Source: Bacteroidota bacterium (GTDB lineage Bacteria; Bacteroidota; Bacteroidia; JABDFU01). From it: 64,000 nucleotides of DNA. The stretch covers positions 49 through 64,048 of the forward strand of contig JABDEY010000003.1 in assembly GCA_013286805.1 (NCBI GenBank), read 5' to 3'. The translations under genes and the position numbers were made by a program. Below the pieces are notes generated by a model. It saw only the letters and a program-made list of their open reading frames with translations. It did no database searches and was not told the DNA's origin. Position 1 is the stretch's first letter, and every line of letters starts with the position of its first letter. Positions 17,768 through 28,700 of this stretch are shown piece by piece.

Positions 17768-20341
17768 ATGGAAGAAAATAAAGATATGAGTTCGTCTGAG
17801 GATCACGCTGCTGTTCAGGTTGCCGGCATGTACCAGAGCTGGTTTCTGGATTATGCTTCTTATGTCATTCTGGAACGCGCTGTTCCGGCTATTGAGGATG
17901 GTTTGAAGCCGGTACAAAGAAGGATTATGCATTCGATGTGGGAGATGGAGGATGGGCGCTACAATAAAGTAGCGAACGTGATTGGAAATACCATGAAATA
18001 CCATCCGCATGGGGATGCTTCTATCGGTGATGCCATGGTGCAGGTGGGTCAAAAGGATATTTTGATTGATATGCAGGGGAACTGGGGTAATATTTTAACC
18101 GGAGATTCTGCCGCTGCTCCGCGTTATATTGAGGCAAGGTTGTCGAAGTTTGCGCTGGAAGTGGCGTTCAATCCTAAAACTACGATCTGGCTTTCGAGCT
18201 ATGATGGACGGAATAAAGAGCCGGAGACCTTACCAATGAAGTTTCCTTTGCTGCTGGCTCAGGGTGTGGAAGGTATTGCAGTCGGACTTGCCTGCAAGAC
18301 ATTGCCTCATAATTTTAATGAGCTGATTGAGGCTTCTATTCAGGTTTTGAGGGGGCGAAAAACAGATATTTTACCGGATTTCCCTACAGGAGGGTCGGCT
18401 GATTTTTCTAATTACGCGGATGGATTAAGGGGCGGTAAAGTGAGGGTGAGGGCTAAAATTGCCCAACTGAATAAAAAGACGCTGATCGTTTCTGAAATTC
18501 CTTTTGGCACTACTACTCAGTCTTTGATTGATTCTATACTTTCTGCCAATGATAAGGGTAAAATAAAAGTGAAGAAAGTCGATGACAATACTTCTGAGCA
18601 TGTTGAAATTCTTATTCACCTGCCTCCGGATGTTTCACCTGACAAAACCATTGATGCACTATATGCTTTTACAGATTGTGAAGTTTCTATTTCTCCAAAC
18701 GGATGTATCATAGAACATGATAAACCACGTTTTGTGGGTGTAAATGAGATGCTGAAAATTTCGACGCATCAGACGATGGGCCTGCTAAAGAAGGAATTAG
18801 AGATTGAGTTAGCTGAGTTAAATGAATCCTGGCATTTTGCTTCACTAGAAAAAATATTCATCCGGGAAGAAATGTACATTGACTTTAAGAAATACAGCGA
18901 CAAGGAAAACTTATTCAAGTATTTGTATGAACAATTCAAACCTCATAAGCGTAAGCTTAACAGGGCAATACAGGATGATGACCTGGAGCGCTTAACCCGG
19001 ATACCCATGATTCGTATTACGCGTTTTGACAGCATCAAGGCGGACGATCTGATCAAGGAACTGGAAGGGAAAATGGAGATTGCAAAGCATCACCTGAGTA
19101 ACCTGACGGAATATGCGGTAGAGTATTTCAAAAACCTGAAGAAGAAGTATGGGGAGGGCCGGGAACGGAAAACCGAAATCAGGTCCTTTGAAAATATTGA
19201 AGTCCGCCAGGTTGCTGTGGCGAATGAAAAGCTATACGTCAACCGAGAAGAAGGGTTTATTGGTTATGGCCTGAAGAAGGATGAATATGTTTGTGATTGC
19301 TCGGATATTGACGATATCATTGCTTTTACACGGGAAGGTAAAATGAAGATTGTAAAGGCAGCCGACAAAGTTTTTATCGGAAAGGATGTCATTTATGTGA
19401 ATGTATTCCGTAAGAATGATGAGCATATGATCTACAATATGATCTACAGGGATGGTAAGAAGGGTGCGACGCTGATGAAACGTTTTCCAGTTACGGGTAT
19501 TACACGGGATAAGGAGTATGAGTTGACTAAAGGAAGTCCGGAATCGGAAGTACTGTATTTTACTGCAAATCCAAATGGGGAATCTGAAATTGTGCGGGTG
19601 AACCTGAAAGCATTGCCTGGTTTGCGGAAGCTGGAGTTTGACCTGAATTTTGCTGATCTCGCTGTTAAGGCAAGGGGCACTATGGGGAACGTAGTAACTA
19701 AGTACCCTGTCAAAAAGATTGTCCAGAAATCCAAAGGGGCAGGAGTAGTGCGGCTGGAGAAAATATGGTTTGATGATTCGGTTCACCGCATCAATAAGGA
19801 TGAGTATGGAACTTATCTGGGTGAATTTTCAGGGGAGGATAAGATATTGGTGATTACTCAAAGCGGGCATTATAAGCTTTGTTCATACGATTTGTCTACG
19901 CATTTTGATGAAGATATTGTTCTGATTGAAAAACTAAATCCCGCTTTGCCTGTTTCGGCCGTATATTATGACGGTGGCGATAAAATTTGCTATGTTAAGC
20001 GTTTTATCATTGAACCTACGGATAAGAAGGTGTTGTTTATCAGTGAAGCAGAGGGCTCTGTTCTGGAAATGGCTACTACTCAGGCGAATCCTGTTGTTGA
20101 AGTGGTGTTTTCCAGAAAGGAGTTCAGGAATAAAAAGGTGAATTTGCTTGAGTTTATTGAAATCAAAGGGCTTAAAGCCAAAGGAAATAAGTTGTCGGAC
20201 AATAAAGTGAAGGAAGTAAATTTATTGGCGTCTAAAGAAAAACCTGTTGTGTCTGCTCCTGAACCTGATGAAAGTAAAATTTCTGCTGAGGAAAAGAAGA
20301 AGAAAGGCGGAAAGCCTGGACAGACTTCGCTGGATATTTAA
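17768..20341 (+). CDS. parC: DNA topoisomerase IV subunit A (ParC)
   Basis: 857 aa with DGLKPVQRRI and the active-site Tyr context AAPRYIEARL. I saw no QxRGGxG GyrA-box in the C-terminal domain. It is paired with parE. Confidence 0.85.
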   Translation: MEENKDMSSSEDHAAVQVAGMYQSWFLDYASYVILERAVPAIEDGLKPVQRRIMHSMWEMEDGRYNKVANVIGNTMKYHPHGDASIGDAMVQVGQKDILIDMQGNWGNILTGDSAAAPRYIEARLSKFALEVAFNPKTTIWLSSYDGRNKEPETLPMKFPLLLAQGVEGIAVGLACKTLPHNFNELIEASIQVLRGRKTDILPDFPTGGSADFSNYADGLRGGKVRVRAKIAQLNKKTLIVSEIPFGTTTQSLIDSILSANDKGKIKVKKVDDNTSEHVEILIHLPPDVSPDKTIDALYAFTDCEVSISPNGCIIEHDKPRFVGVNEMLKISTHQTMGLLKKELEIELAELNESWHFASLEKIFIREEMYIDFKKYSDKENLFKYLYEQFKPHKRKLNRAIQDDDLERLTRIPMIRITRFDSIKADDLIKELEGKMEIAKHHLSNLTEYAVEYFKNLKKKYGEGRERKTEIRSFENIEVRQVAVANEKLYVNREEGFIGYGLKKDEYVCDCSDIDDIIAFTREGKMKIVKAADKVFIGKDVIYVNVFRKNDEHMIYNMIYRDGKKGATLMKRFPVTGITRDKEYELTKGSPESEVLYFTANPNGESEIVRVNLKALPGLRKLEFDLNFADLAVKARGTMGNVVTKYPVKKIVQKSKGAGVVRLEKIWFDDSVHRINKDEYGTYLGEFSGEDKILVITQSGHYKLCSYDLSTHFDEDIVLIEKLNPALPVSAVYYDGGDKICYVKRFIIEPTDKKVLFISEAEGSVLEMATTQANPVVEVVFSRKEFRNKKVNLLEFIEIKGLKAKGNKLSDNKVKEVNLLASKEKPVVSAPEPDESKISAEEKKKKGGKPGQTSLDI

Positions 20342-20372
20342 ATATTTTATTCTTATTCCAGAAAAAATCAGC

Positions 20373-20400
20373 GTTCAAGTCTGCAAATAAATCGGGCTTT
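20373..20400 (+). repeat. 28-nt gene-end motif, family 3 (GTTCAAGTCTGMAAATAAATCGGGCTTT)
   Basis: gttcaagtctgcaaataaatcgggcttt lies 32 nt after the parC stop. It is near-identical to 31882..31910. Confidence 0.6.
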
Positions 20401-21725
20401 TATAGCAACCCTACTGTTTTTTTGTATTGTACTATGCCTACAAGGTAATTGTAAACCGCATTCAGATAATTTGTCTGTGTCTGCTGCAGTGTGTAATAGG
20501 TTGTGGCAAGGTCATTTGGTTTGATTGTGCCGTTTTTTAGCCGGTCGCTGTCAATTTTGTACAAATCATTGGCCAGGTCTAAATTCTTTTTTTGATAGTC
20601 AAGATCGGTTTGCGCATTTAACAGGGAGGTAAGGGAATTACGGGTTTCCTGCTGGTAATCATTTTTTAGTTTTTCGTAGTTCAGCCTGGAGGATTCGCTT
20701 TTTAATTTGTATTCTGATTTGCTTCTTTCTTTCAATAGTCCATCAAAGATGGGTATGCTGGCTTTTACGCCAAGGTAGTTAAAGGGGTACCAGTAACTGG
20801 ATGTAAATGGGGAAAAATCATTGTCAAGGTATTGAAAAGTGTAATTTCCATAAAAACTGATGGATGGTATATAGGAAAGGTTTTGTTTTTTGATATTCAA
20901 CTGATAGATGGCTAATTGCCATTTTTCCATATCCAGCTCCGGACGCTTTAGCTCAGGGTTCGCTACTGTGGCCTGCATATATTGAAGATACAGGTGGTTG
21001 ATGTCATCTGACAAGATGTATTTCTTTATCGTATCGTCTCCCATTTTATAAGAAAGGTCGGTCAGGGAGAGTTCGAGGCTCTTTTTATTTTTTTCGTTTT
21101 CCGAAAAGGCGTTTTCATAATCAATGCGGTAATGCTGCAAATCGTAAGAGGTAATCTGTGCCTGTGAAAGCTGGTCTTTACCGGTAGTGTATATATTATT
21201 TGTACGATCTACATTTATCTTTGTCAGGTCCGTTTTTTCCTTCCACAGCAGTGCCGTAAAATAGGCCTGGGTGACATCCATTTTTACATCGATTTCCGTT
21301 TTTCTGACATTGAACTGGTTGTAACGGGTCTGGGCCTGCGCTATTTGCCTGTCTCCGGAGTTTACCGGATTGTAAAGGATTTGATTGAAATTAAATGCCC
21401 AGAGTGTATTGTAGGTGGTCCCGAATTGCACAGGTTTGCCATCTCCATTAGGCTGACCAAAGAATATACCTGGCAAAATATTGGTCTGGAGTTCTGAATT
21501 ATACCTTACATCAAGGTCGGAGCTGATTTGGGGGAGGTTACGGGAGTTGACTTCTTTTACCTGCATATCGGAAACCTGCACGTTGATTTGCTGAATTTTT
21601 AAATCCAGCCTGTTTTTCAGGGCCTGCTGAATGGCATTGTCCAGGCTCAGGCTGTTTTTATCCTGTCCGAAAAGGAAGGTGGAACTAAAAATGAGTGTTG
21701 TACCAAAAATGAATATGCGCGTCAT
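20400..21725 (-). CDS. TolC-family outer-membrane efflux protein
   Basis: 441 aa with a signal peptide (IFIFGTTLIFSSTFLFGQ). LSLDNAIQQALKNRLDLK and two internally similar coiled halves are typical of OEP/TolC. It is the last gene of the exporter operon. Confidence 0.8.
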   Translation of the reverse strand: MTRIFIFGTTLIFSSTFLFGQDKNSLSLDNAIQQALKNRLDLKIQQINVQVSDMQVKEVNSRNLPQISSDLDVRYNSELQTNILPGIFFGQPNGDGKPVQFGTTYNTLWAFNFNQILYNPVNSGDRQIAQAQTRYNQFNVRKTEIDVKMDVTQAYFTALLWKEKTDLTKINVDRTNNIYTTGKDQLSQAQITSYDLQHYRIDYENAFSENEKNKKSLELSLTDLSYKMGDDTIKKYILSDDINHLYLQYMQATVANPELKRPELDMEKWQLAIYQLNIKKQNLSYIPSISFYGNYTFQYLDNDFSPFTSSYWYPFNYLGVKASIPIFDGLLKERSKSEYKLKSESSRLNYEKLKNDYQQETRNSLTSLLNAQTDLDYQKKNLDLANDLYKIDSDRLKNGTIKPNDLATTYYTLQQTQTNYLNAVYNYLVGIVQYKKTVGLL

Positions 21726-21774
21726 ATATTTTATAGGGTGCTTATTGTTTCAATGCAATGTTTCGTAATTATTC

Positions 21775-22896
21775 TTATCCTCTGAACACCTGTGCCGGTT
21801 CCAAACTTGTTATGCGCCTTATGGCAAACATACTTCCGCAGAATGCAATGACAAGGGTTACGCCAAAAAAACAAAAACGCAGCCAGAGGGGGTAATTGAA
21901 AATTGTTCCTGCTTTTGCAATGCCATTTCTGAATCCTTCTACCAGTGCCATTCCAACACAAAATCCCAAAACACCAATTACCAGCGCTTGTGTTATAATC
22001 AGTTTGCGGATGTAGCCGTTTGTAGCTCCGATCGCTTTCAGCGTTCCATAATCTTTGATCCGGTCTATTGCTGCCGAATATAAAGTAAGACCGATAATCA
22101 CAAATCCAACTATGAGGGCAAAGATAATGAGTGTGCCGAATGATATGGCTATGCCTGATGTTTTCAGTACAGTGATGATGGTTGCTTTGGCAAAATCATC
22201 ACTCTTCCAGGCCCGGACACTTTTGATGGTAGAATTGATGGAATTTATTATTCTTTGTTCGTCTCCTTTGTTCTTCACTTTTACTAAAAATGCACTGGCT
22301 TTATCAGTAGCGAAACTGCCCAGGTACCTTGCCCTTTCGATTGTTGTAAATGTGTAGATGCCTCCAAAGGACCTTACGCCTTTGGATTGTGCAGCATTAA
22401 ATACCTTTTTACCGTTGATTTCGAAGTACTGGTCGGGTAAAACATCTCCAAGGGAAGCTTTGTCAAAATAATCTGTAATGATTGCTTCATCTTTCAGCAT
22501 ATCTTCTTTTCTTCCATTGAACATCCTCCAGGGGCCCCCTGCGAAAACAGGCGCTTCAACTCCTATAAGGGTAATTCCTGCTGATTTCCCGTTTTCAAAC
22601 CGCGCTGCTCCGGGAGTGACGACAATGGGATGCACTGTTTCTATACCTTCTATGCTACTCAATTCGTAGCCTACACGGATATCCAGGGTTGCAAGGGCAT
22701 TTATATTGGTGGTCATGTTGTCCACTACCCATACATATTCGGAATTATTCTGAACCAGACTTGACATGGCATTTATCAGGTAAATAAAAATTCCTGCCTG
22801 CTGTCCAATCAGAAAAATTGAAATAATGGTGCCTGCCAAAGCTCCAATTGATTTTGGCTTGTCAAAAAGTAAAAATCGTATGGCTGTTCTGAACAA
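21775..22896 (-). CDS. ABC transporter permease, FtsX/DevC-like
   Basis: 373 aa with an N-terminal TM helix, a large periplasmic loop, and a C-terminal FtsX-type 3-TM bundle (DYGTLKAIGATNGYI...). Confidence 0.8.
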   Translation of the reverse strand: MFRTAIRFLLFDKPKSIGALAGTIISIFLIGQQAGIFIYLINAMSSLVQNNSEYVWVVDNMTTNINALATLDIRVGYELSSIEGIETVHPIVVTPGAARFENGKSAGITLIGVEAPVFAGGPWRMFNGRKEDMLKDEAIITDYFDKASLGDVLPDQYFEINGKKVFNAAQSKGVRSFGGIYTFTTIERARYLGSFATDKASAFLVKVKNKGDEQRIINSINSTIKSVRAWKSDDFAKATIITVLKTSGIAISFGTLIIFALIVGFVIIGLTLYSAAIDRIKDYGTLKAIGATNGYIRKLIITQALVIGVLGFCVGMALVEGFRNGIAKAGTIFNYPLWLRFCFFGVTLVIAFCGSMFAIRRITSLEPAQVFRG

Positions 22897-22945
22897 GTTA
22901 TATCAGTTATTAAATGGAAACAGAATAAATTTCAATTTATCTCTT

Positions 22946-23941
22946 TTATTGTTTTGTTTTTAAAAGAATAACACATTCTACCCTGCTGCCTATAAGTGTT
23001 TTTGCTCCTTCGTCCAGTAAAACTCTTACTTCCCTGACGCGTCTGTCTTCCATGTTTGCAGCATCATCTGAAAACAAGGACTTTTTCCGGAGGTAAGGGG
23101 AGGTCAGAAATATCTTTCCGGTTGCCAGGGTATCCTGTTTTCCCTGGGGACGGATATATGCGCTCATGCCATTTTGTATTTTATCTGCGAATAGTTCGTC
23201 AACTTCGGTTATTGCCATTAATGGACCATCCGGGGCAAAATCACAAATAGATTGGGTGGTACTCACATTGTTCCCAACCTTTACATCCATGGAGAGTACC
23301 TTGCCATTAACAGGAGCTTTTATTTTTTTGCGGTCTACAATTTTTTGGTTGTAATTGATGTCTGCCTGCAGTTCTTTCATTTTATTTTCCTGCTGTTTTA
23401 CATTTGCATCGGAGCTGGCCTGATCAGCATGCTGAGAATTATAGGCAAAACGGCTGTCATCCAATACCTGCTGGGTTATACCTCCGGATTTTATAAGGTT
23501 CTGGTTCCGTTCAAAATTTACTTTGGCATTTTCCATTTTAACAGAAACAGATGTCAGCTGGGCCTGTGCGGAAGCAAGCATTGATTCCTGAGTGGCTAAT
23601 TTTGACTGTGCCTGTTCCAGTTGTGCCTGTTCCACATCACTGACTAATTCTACGATCACTTCATTTTCTTTTACATCCTCATTGATGTCGTGGTCGATTT
23701 TTTTTATGATTCCTCCTGTCTCTGCATAGAGGGAAACGATATGGGATTTTGGTTCTATGGTTGCTACCCCTACAATCTGGTCAATATTAATGGGTTTGGA
23801 AAGGCTGTCTTTTCTGTTCTCTTCAATTGTGTTCTTATTTCCACCTCCACAGGAAAAAAATGAAAGGAGAAGGAGAACGGAGCCAGTGTAAATTCCGGTT
23901 TTCATAACAACGATCTGGCAATGCGAACTATATTTTTTCAT
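22946..23941 (-). CDS. HlyD/DevB-family periplasmic adaptor (membrane fusion) lipoprotein
   Basis: Lipobox-like LLLLSFFSCGG. It has a Q/A-rich coiled-coil hairpin (EQAQLEQAQSKLATQESMLASAQAQL) flanked by beta-barrel segments. The start could be Met-13 at 23905. Confidence 0.75.
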   Translation of the reverse strand: MKKYSSHCQIVVMKTGIYTGSVLLLLSFFSCGGGNKNTIEENRKDSLSKPINIDQIVGVATIEPKSHIVSLYAETGGIIKKIDHDINEDVKENEVIVELVSDVEQAQLEQAQSKLATQESMLASAQAQLTSVSVKMENAKVNFERNQNLIKSGGITQQVLDDSRFAYNSQHADQASSDANVKQQENKMKELQADINYNQKIVDRKKIKAPVNGKVLSMDVKVGNNVSTTQSICDFAPDGPLMAITEVDELFADKIQNGMSAYIRPQGKQDTLATGKIFLTSPYLRKKSLFSDDAANMEDRRVREVRVLLDEGAKTLIGSRVECVILLKTKQ

Positions 23942-23947
23942 AAACTG

Positions 23948-24658
23948 TTATTTTTTAGGAGAAAAGAATGCATTAGATGATTGTGTCTCTGTTACTATCC
24001 CATTGTTTACTTCAATGACGCGATGTGCATATTCCTCAAGGCGGGGGTCGTGTGTCACTACTGCTACCGACTTGCCGTTATCAGCAAGCTGGCGTAATTC
24101 CTTCATTACCACTACCATGGAATCCTTATCAAGGGATGCTGTAGGCTCGTCACATAAAATAAGTTTGGGATCTGTAACAAGTGCCCTTGCAATTGCTATT
24201 CGTTGCTGCTGGCCTCCTGAAAGTTGTTTGGGAAGACTTTTGCGCCTGTCCATCATATTTACCATTTCCAATGCATGTATCACTTTCTCTCTGGCTGTTT
24301 GCCTGTCTTCGCCCTTCAACTGAAGCGGAATCATAACATTCTGCTCTCCGGTTAAAGGAGCAAGCAGGTTAAAGTTCTGGAATACAAACCCAATGGTATT
24401 CAAACGCAATCTGGCCAGCTGATTTTCATTCATTTCATTTATCAGCTGATTGTCTACCCAAAGTTTGCCTGTGCTTGGATATATAACGCAGCCCAATAAG
24501 GATATCAGGGTGGTTTTACCGGATCCGGATGGGCCTATAATAAGCAATAACTCTCCTTTATTTACCTGAAGTGTTGTTTCCTGCAAGGCTATCAGCCGCT
24601 GATCTCCAACTATGTATTCTTTTGATACGCCTTCCAGTTTTGCTATCATCTTATTCAT
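23948..24658 (-). CDS. ABC transporter ATP-binding protein (MacB/LolD/DevA-like)
   Basis: Walker A GPSGSGKTT, signature LSGGQQQRIAIARAL and Walker B LILCDEPT. Its start abuts the tsaD stop with no gap. Confidence 0.9.
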   Translation of the reverse strand: MNKMIAKLEGVSKEYIVGDQRLIALQETTLQVNKGELLLIIGPSGSGKTTLISLLGCVIYPSTGKLWVDNQLINEMNENQLARLRLNTIGFVFQNFNLLAPLTGEQNVMIPLQLKGEDRQTAREKVIHALEMVNMMDRRKSLPKQLSGGQQQRIAIARALVTDPKLILCDEPTASLDKDSMVVVMKELRQLADNGKSVAVVTHDPRLEEYAHRVIEVNNGIVTETQSSNAFFSPKK

Positions 24659-25681
24659 TTAAAGGGCATATCCTGCAAGAGCTGTGATATTCTGATCACA
24701 GAATTCAGCCTTTTGGAATTTATAGTATCCGGTCATGGCAATCATGGCTGCATTGTCTGTACAATATTCAAATGCCGGAATGTAAATATTCCAGTTAGCA
24801 AGCAGGGCCTGATTTTTCAGAGCAGCTCTTAATCCGGTATTTGCAGCTACTCCGCCTGCAAGTGCAATTTGGATAATTCCAGTTTGCCCGGAAGCTTGCT
24901 TCAGTTTTGCCATCAGAATATCTACTACTGTTTTTTGAAAGGAGGCGGCGAGGTCATTTGTGTTGTTCAATATGAAATCAGGGTTGTGCTTTTGCTTCTC
25001 ATTGATAAAGTAAAGAAATGAAGTTTTAAGACCGCTGAAACTAAAGTTAAGTGCGGGTAGATTTGGATGGGGAAATTTAAAAGATTCCGGGTTTCCTGTT
25101 TGCGCTAACTTGTCGATTAATGGTCCACCAGGATAGGGGAGCCCAATTATTTTGGCAGCTTTGTCAAAAGCCTCTCCTGCTGCGTCGTCTGTTGTTTCAC
25201 CTAGTACTTTCATACCCAGGTAATCCTTAACCAGAATTATCTGTGTGTGCCCTCCTGAAACAGTCAGGCATAAAAAGGGAAAGGAGGGGTGTTTTGCACC
25301 GGCTTCATCTGATATAAAATGAGCCAATACATGTGCTTGCATGTGGTTTACTTCAATCAGAGGAATAGCCAGCGCAAGTGAAAGCCCTTTGGCAAATGAA
25401 GTTCCTACCAGTAAAGAACCGATCAAACCCGGGCCACGGGTAAATGCAATGGCACTTAGCTGTTGTTTGGAAATCCCTGCTTTTTTCAGGGCTGAATTTA
25501 CAACTGGAACTATGTTCTTCTGATGTGCTCTTGATGCCAGTTCTGGCACTACACCTCCGTATTCTTTGTGTATACTTTGACCGGCGACAACATTGGCAAG
25601 AAGTTTGCCATTTTGAATGATGGCTGCTGCAGTATCATCACAGGAGGATTCTATGCCTAAAATGGTTATATCAGGGCTCAT
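24659..25681 (-). CDS. tsaD: tRNA N6-adenosine threonylcarbamoyltransferase TsaD
   Basis: 340 aa. ILGIESSCDDTAAA..., HM.AH and SGGHT motifs of the Kae1/TsaD family. Confidence 0.92.
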   Translation of the reverse strand: MSPDITILGIESSCDDTAAAIIQNGKLLANVVAGQSIHKEYGGVVPELASRAHQKNIVPVVNSALKKAGISKQQLSAIAFTRGPGLIGSLLVGTSFAKGLSLALAIPLIEVNHMQAHVLAHFISDEAGAKHPSFPFLCLTVSGGHTQIILVKDYLGMKVLGETTDDAAGEAFDKAAKIIGLPYPGGPLIDKLAQTGNPESFKFPHPNLPALNFSFSGLKTSFLYFINEKQKHNPDFILNNTNDLAASFQKTVVDILMAKLKQASGQTGIIQIALAGGVAANTGLRAALKNQALLANWNIYIPAFEYCTDNAAMIAMTGYYKFQKAEFCDQNITALAGYAL

Positions 25682-25766
25682 TTGCTTAATTTTGTAAAGT
25701 TATACCAAAGAGTTTCAGTTTATCAAAAAACCGCTTAAAATATTTCTGATTTCCCTCCTGATTCTG

Positions 25767-28700
25767 GTGCTGTTCATTGTGTCAGGATTGGTTTGTATGC
25801 GTTCCAGCTGGGCCCAGACTAAACTTACAAGGACTGCTGCTTCCTGGTATTCATCCAAATTAGGCACTGTGGTTACTGTTGGAGGTGTAGACATAGAATT
25901 TTTTAAGAAATTGGTTTTCAGAGATGTGTATATTCAGGACTTACACAGGGACACGCTGTTGTATTTAAAGGAATTAAAACTGGATGTAACTTCCATCAGT
26001 TTTAAGAAGCATGAGTTGTATGCTTCCGAACTAATAATGGAGAATGTCCGGGCAAAACTTGCCAGGTACAAGGGCGAGAATCGGTTTAACTTTCAATTTC
26101 TGATTGATGCTTTTTCCGTTAAGGATACAGTCAAAACACGTGATTCTCCATGGGAAATTCAATGTGCAGATGTTGCTCTCCGATCCGTTGACTTTACCTA
26201 CAAGAATCTGGAGGATGCCGGAAAATCTGCGGGAATAAATTTTTCTGACCTGGCCATAAAAAACCTGAATGGGAACCTGCGGAAAATCCATTTTGAAAAA
26301 AAAGAACTTACGGTTACGGTTTCAAATTTATCCGCACGCGAAAAGAGCGGATTTGTTCTAACTACGCTGAATACAAAGGCTTCTCTTTCTTCTGTGCGTC
26401 TTTTATTGGAAAAGCTGGAAATAGTTACTCCACTTAGCCATATCAGCACTGATTTGACTATGAGCTATACCTGTTACGGGGACTTTTCCGACTTTTTGAA
26501 TCAGGTGAACCTGAAGGCAAAGTTTGATACCTGCAGGGTTGAATTCTCAGACCTTGCCTATTTTGCTCCTGCTTTGAAAGGAATCCACCACACTGTTATT
26601 TTCTCGGGTAATGTGAATGGAAAGATCAGTGCAATTAATGGGCGTCAGATGAAAATCCGATTGGGGAAGTCTACCTTTTTTGACGGTGATATTAAGTTGG
26701 ACGGCCTGCCTGATATCGATGAGACAGTCATGTACCTGAAAGTTAATAAGGTGATTACAAACAGGAATGATCTGCAGGAATTTCCTATTCCTCCTTTTAC
26801 GGATGGCAAGACGTTGGAAATTCCGGTTAATATGACTTCTCTGGGTGCCATTTCCTTTCATGGAAACATGGCTGGTTTCCTGGATGATTTCGTTGCGTAT
26901 GGTACATTTTATTCTGCATTAGGAAGTGTTTCAACTGATTTGTCGGTTAATGAGGATTTTAAAACCGGGAAATTGTATTACGATGGCAAGTTAAACTCTG
27001 AAGGTTTTGATATAGGACAGTTTCTCAACATAAAACAAGTGGGTATTCTTGCACTTGATGCTGCTATTAAAGGTAGTGGTGTTGAAAGTGATAAGGTAGA
27101 TGCTAAGCTGGACGGGACAATCAAACGAATTGATGCAATGGGGTACAGTTATAAAGATGTGCTGGTATCTGCAAGGGTATCTAAAAAAATATTCGATGGA
27201 AGTCTTTTTATAAATGATGATAATCTTAAATTAAATTTTGATGGAAATATAAATTTCAGCAATGTTGTTCCTTTATTAAATTTTGGTGCTGACATACGGT
27301 ATGCCAACCTGACTGCTCTTCATCTAATCACTAACGGCAAGCCAACCTCCTTTTCATCGGTGCTGGCGATTAAAATGAAGGGAAATACAATTGATAATAT
27401 TACAGGGGTAATGGATGTTAATCATACACAGGTGAGCGTAGATAAGGATGTGTTTAATTTTCATTCATTCCGGCTCCTGGCAACTAATGACAGCAAAATA
27501 AAGCAGTTAAACATTGAGTCTGATTTCTTTACAGGGGATATTAAGGGAAAATTTACTTTAAAGGAATTGGGAGTTTCTGTTGAAAACCTGTTAAGCACTG
27601 TTATGCCTGCCTATTTTAGTTCTATTCACCTCAAAGTTCCTGTGGAAGAAAATTTTGAACTGAAAGCGAAATTGAACAAACCACGGGATTTTATGAAGTT
27701 GTTTTTCCCAAAGTATGAAATTGCAGATGGAACACTTATTAATGGCTCTTATAGTTCATCCATGGAGCAATTGGGTTTTACCATAAGTTCTTCCAGAATC
27801 AGCGTTTTTGGCAAACAGATCAATAACCTGGATGTGAATTCGCAATTGAGGAACGGAAAACTTGATGTACATTTAAAATCAAGTCAGATTGCTGTTTCAG
27901 ACAGTGCCTTTTTCAAAAATTTTGATCTGGATATTTCAACTAAAAATGACTCCTCTGCTCTGCAAGCAAAATGGGGCAATCATTCGCACCCTGAAAACAG
28001 TGGAATGGTAAAGGCTAAACTTATTTTTAAAACTGGTCCGGAAATAAGATTCAGTTTCCTGCCGTCTGAAGTGGTTATTGCAGATTCTGTATGGAATGTT
28101 AATTCTACTAATCTGATCAGCATTGATCCTTCCTGTGTGTATATACACAATATGGAGTTTGCAAATGGACTTCAGCACATCACCATAAACGGAAGTTCAT
28201 CTAACTATTCAAATGACAGTATGTTTATTGCATTTTCGCAATTTAATCTGGCCAACCTGAATAAGATGACCGGTGCTGGACTGAAACTGAAAGGAATTGT
28301 AAATGGAAAAACCGTTATCTGCGGAATATATTCTTCCCCGGTGATTCTAAGCAATAATAATTTTACAGATTTGCAGATTAATACAGAAAGGATTGGAAAC
28401 GGATATGTAAAAACAATCTGGGACACGGATAAAGATGCGCTGGGGTTAAATGGATTGTTCAGCAAAGAATTGCTGCCTAATATTGTGTTTTCCGGATTCT
28501 ATTACCCCAAAAAGGGCAACAGCATAGACCTGAACCTGACGCTGAACACCCTCAGCCTGGACCTGTTAAAACCTTACGTGAAGGAGTATTGCAGGGACCT
28601 GTCGGGAGATTTTTCAGGCATGATCAGCATTAAAGGCCCCATAAGTAAACCGGACCTAAACGGGAAACTCCGCATTGATGCAAAAAAAATTACGGTGAAC

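Noticed and set aside
15742-20341. A second gyrase (gyrB/gyrA) locus.
   Set aside because: The A subunit lacks the GyrA-box that is present in the gene at 57927 ([10 protein letters not shown]). The paired ~620-aa B subunit fits Bacteroidota ParE. I therefore call it topoisomerase IV.
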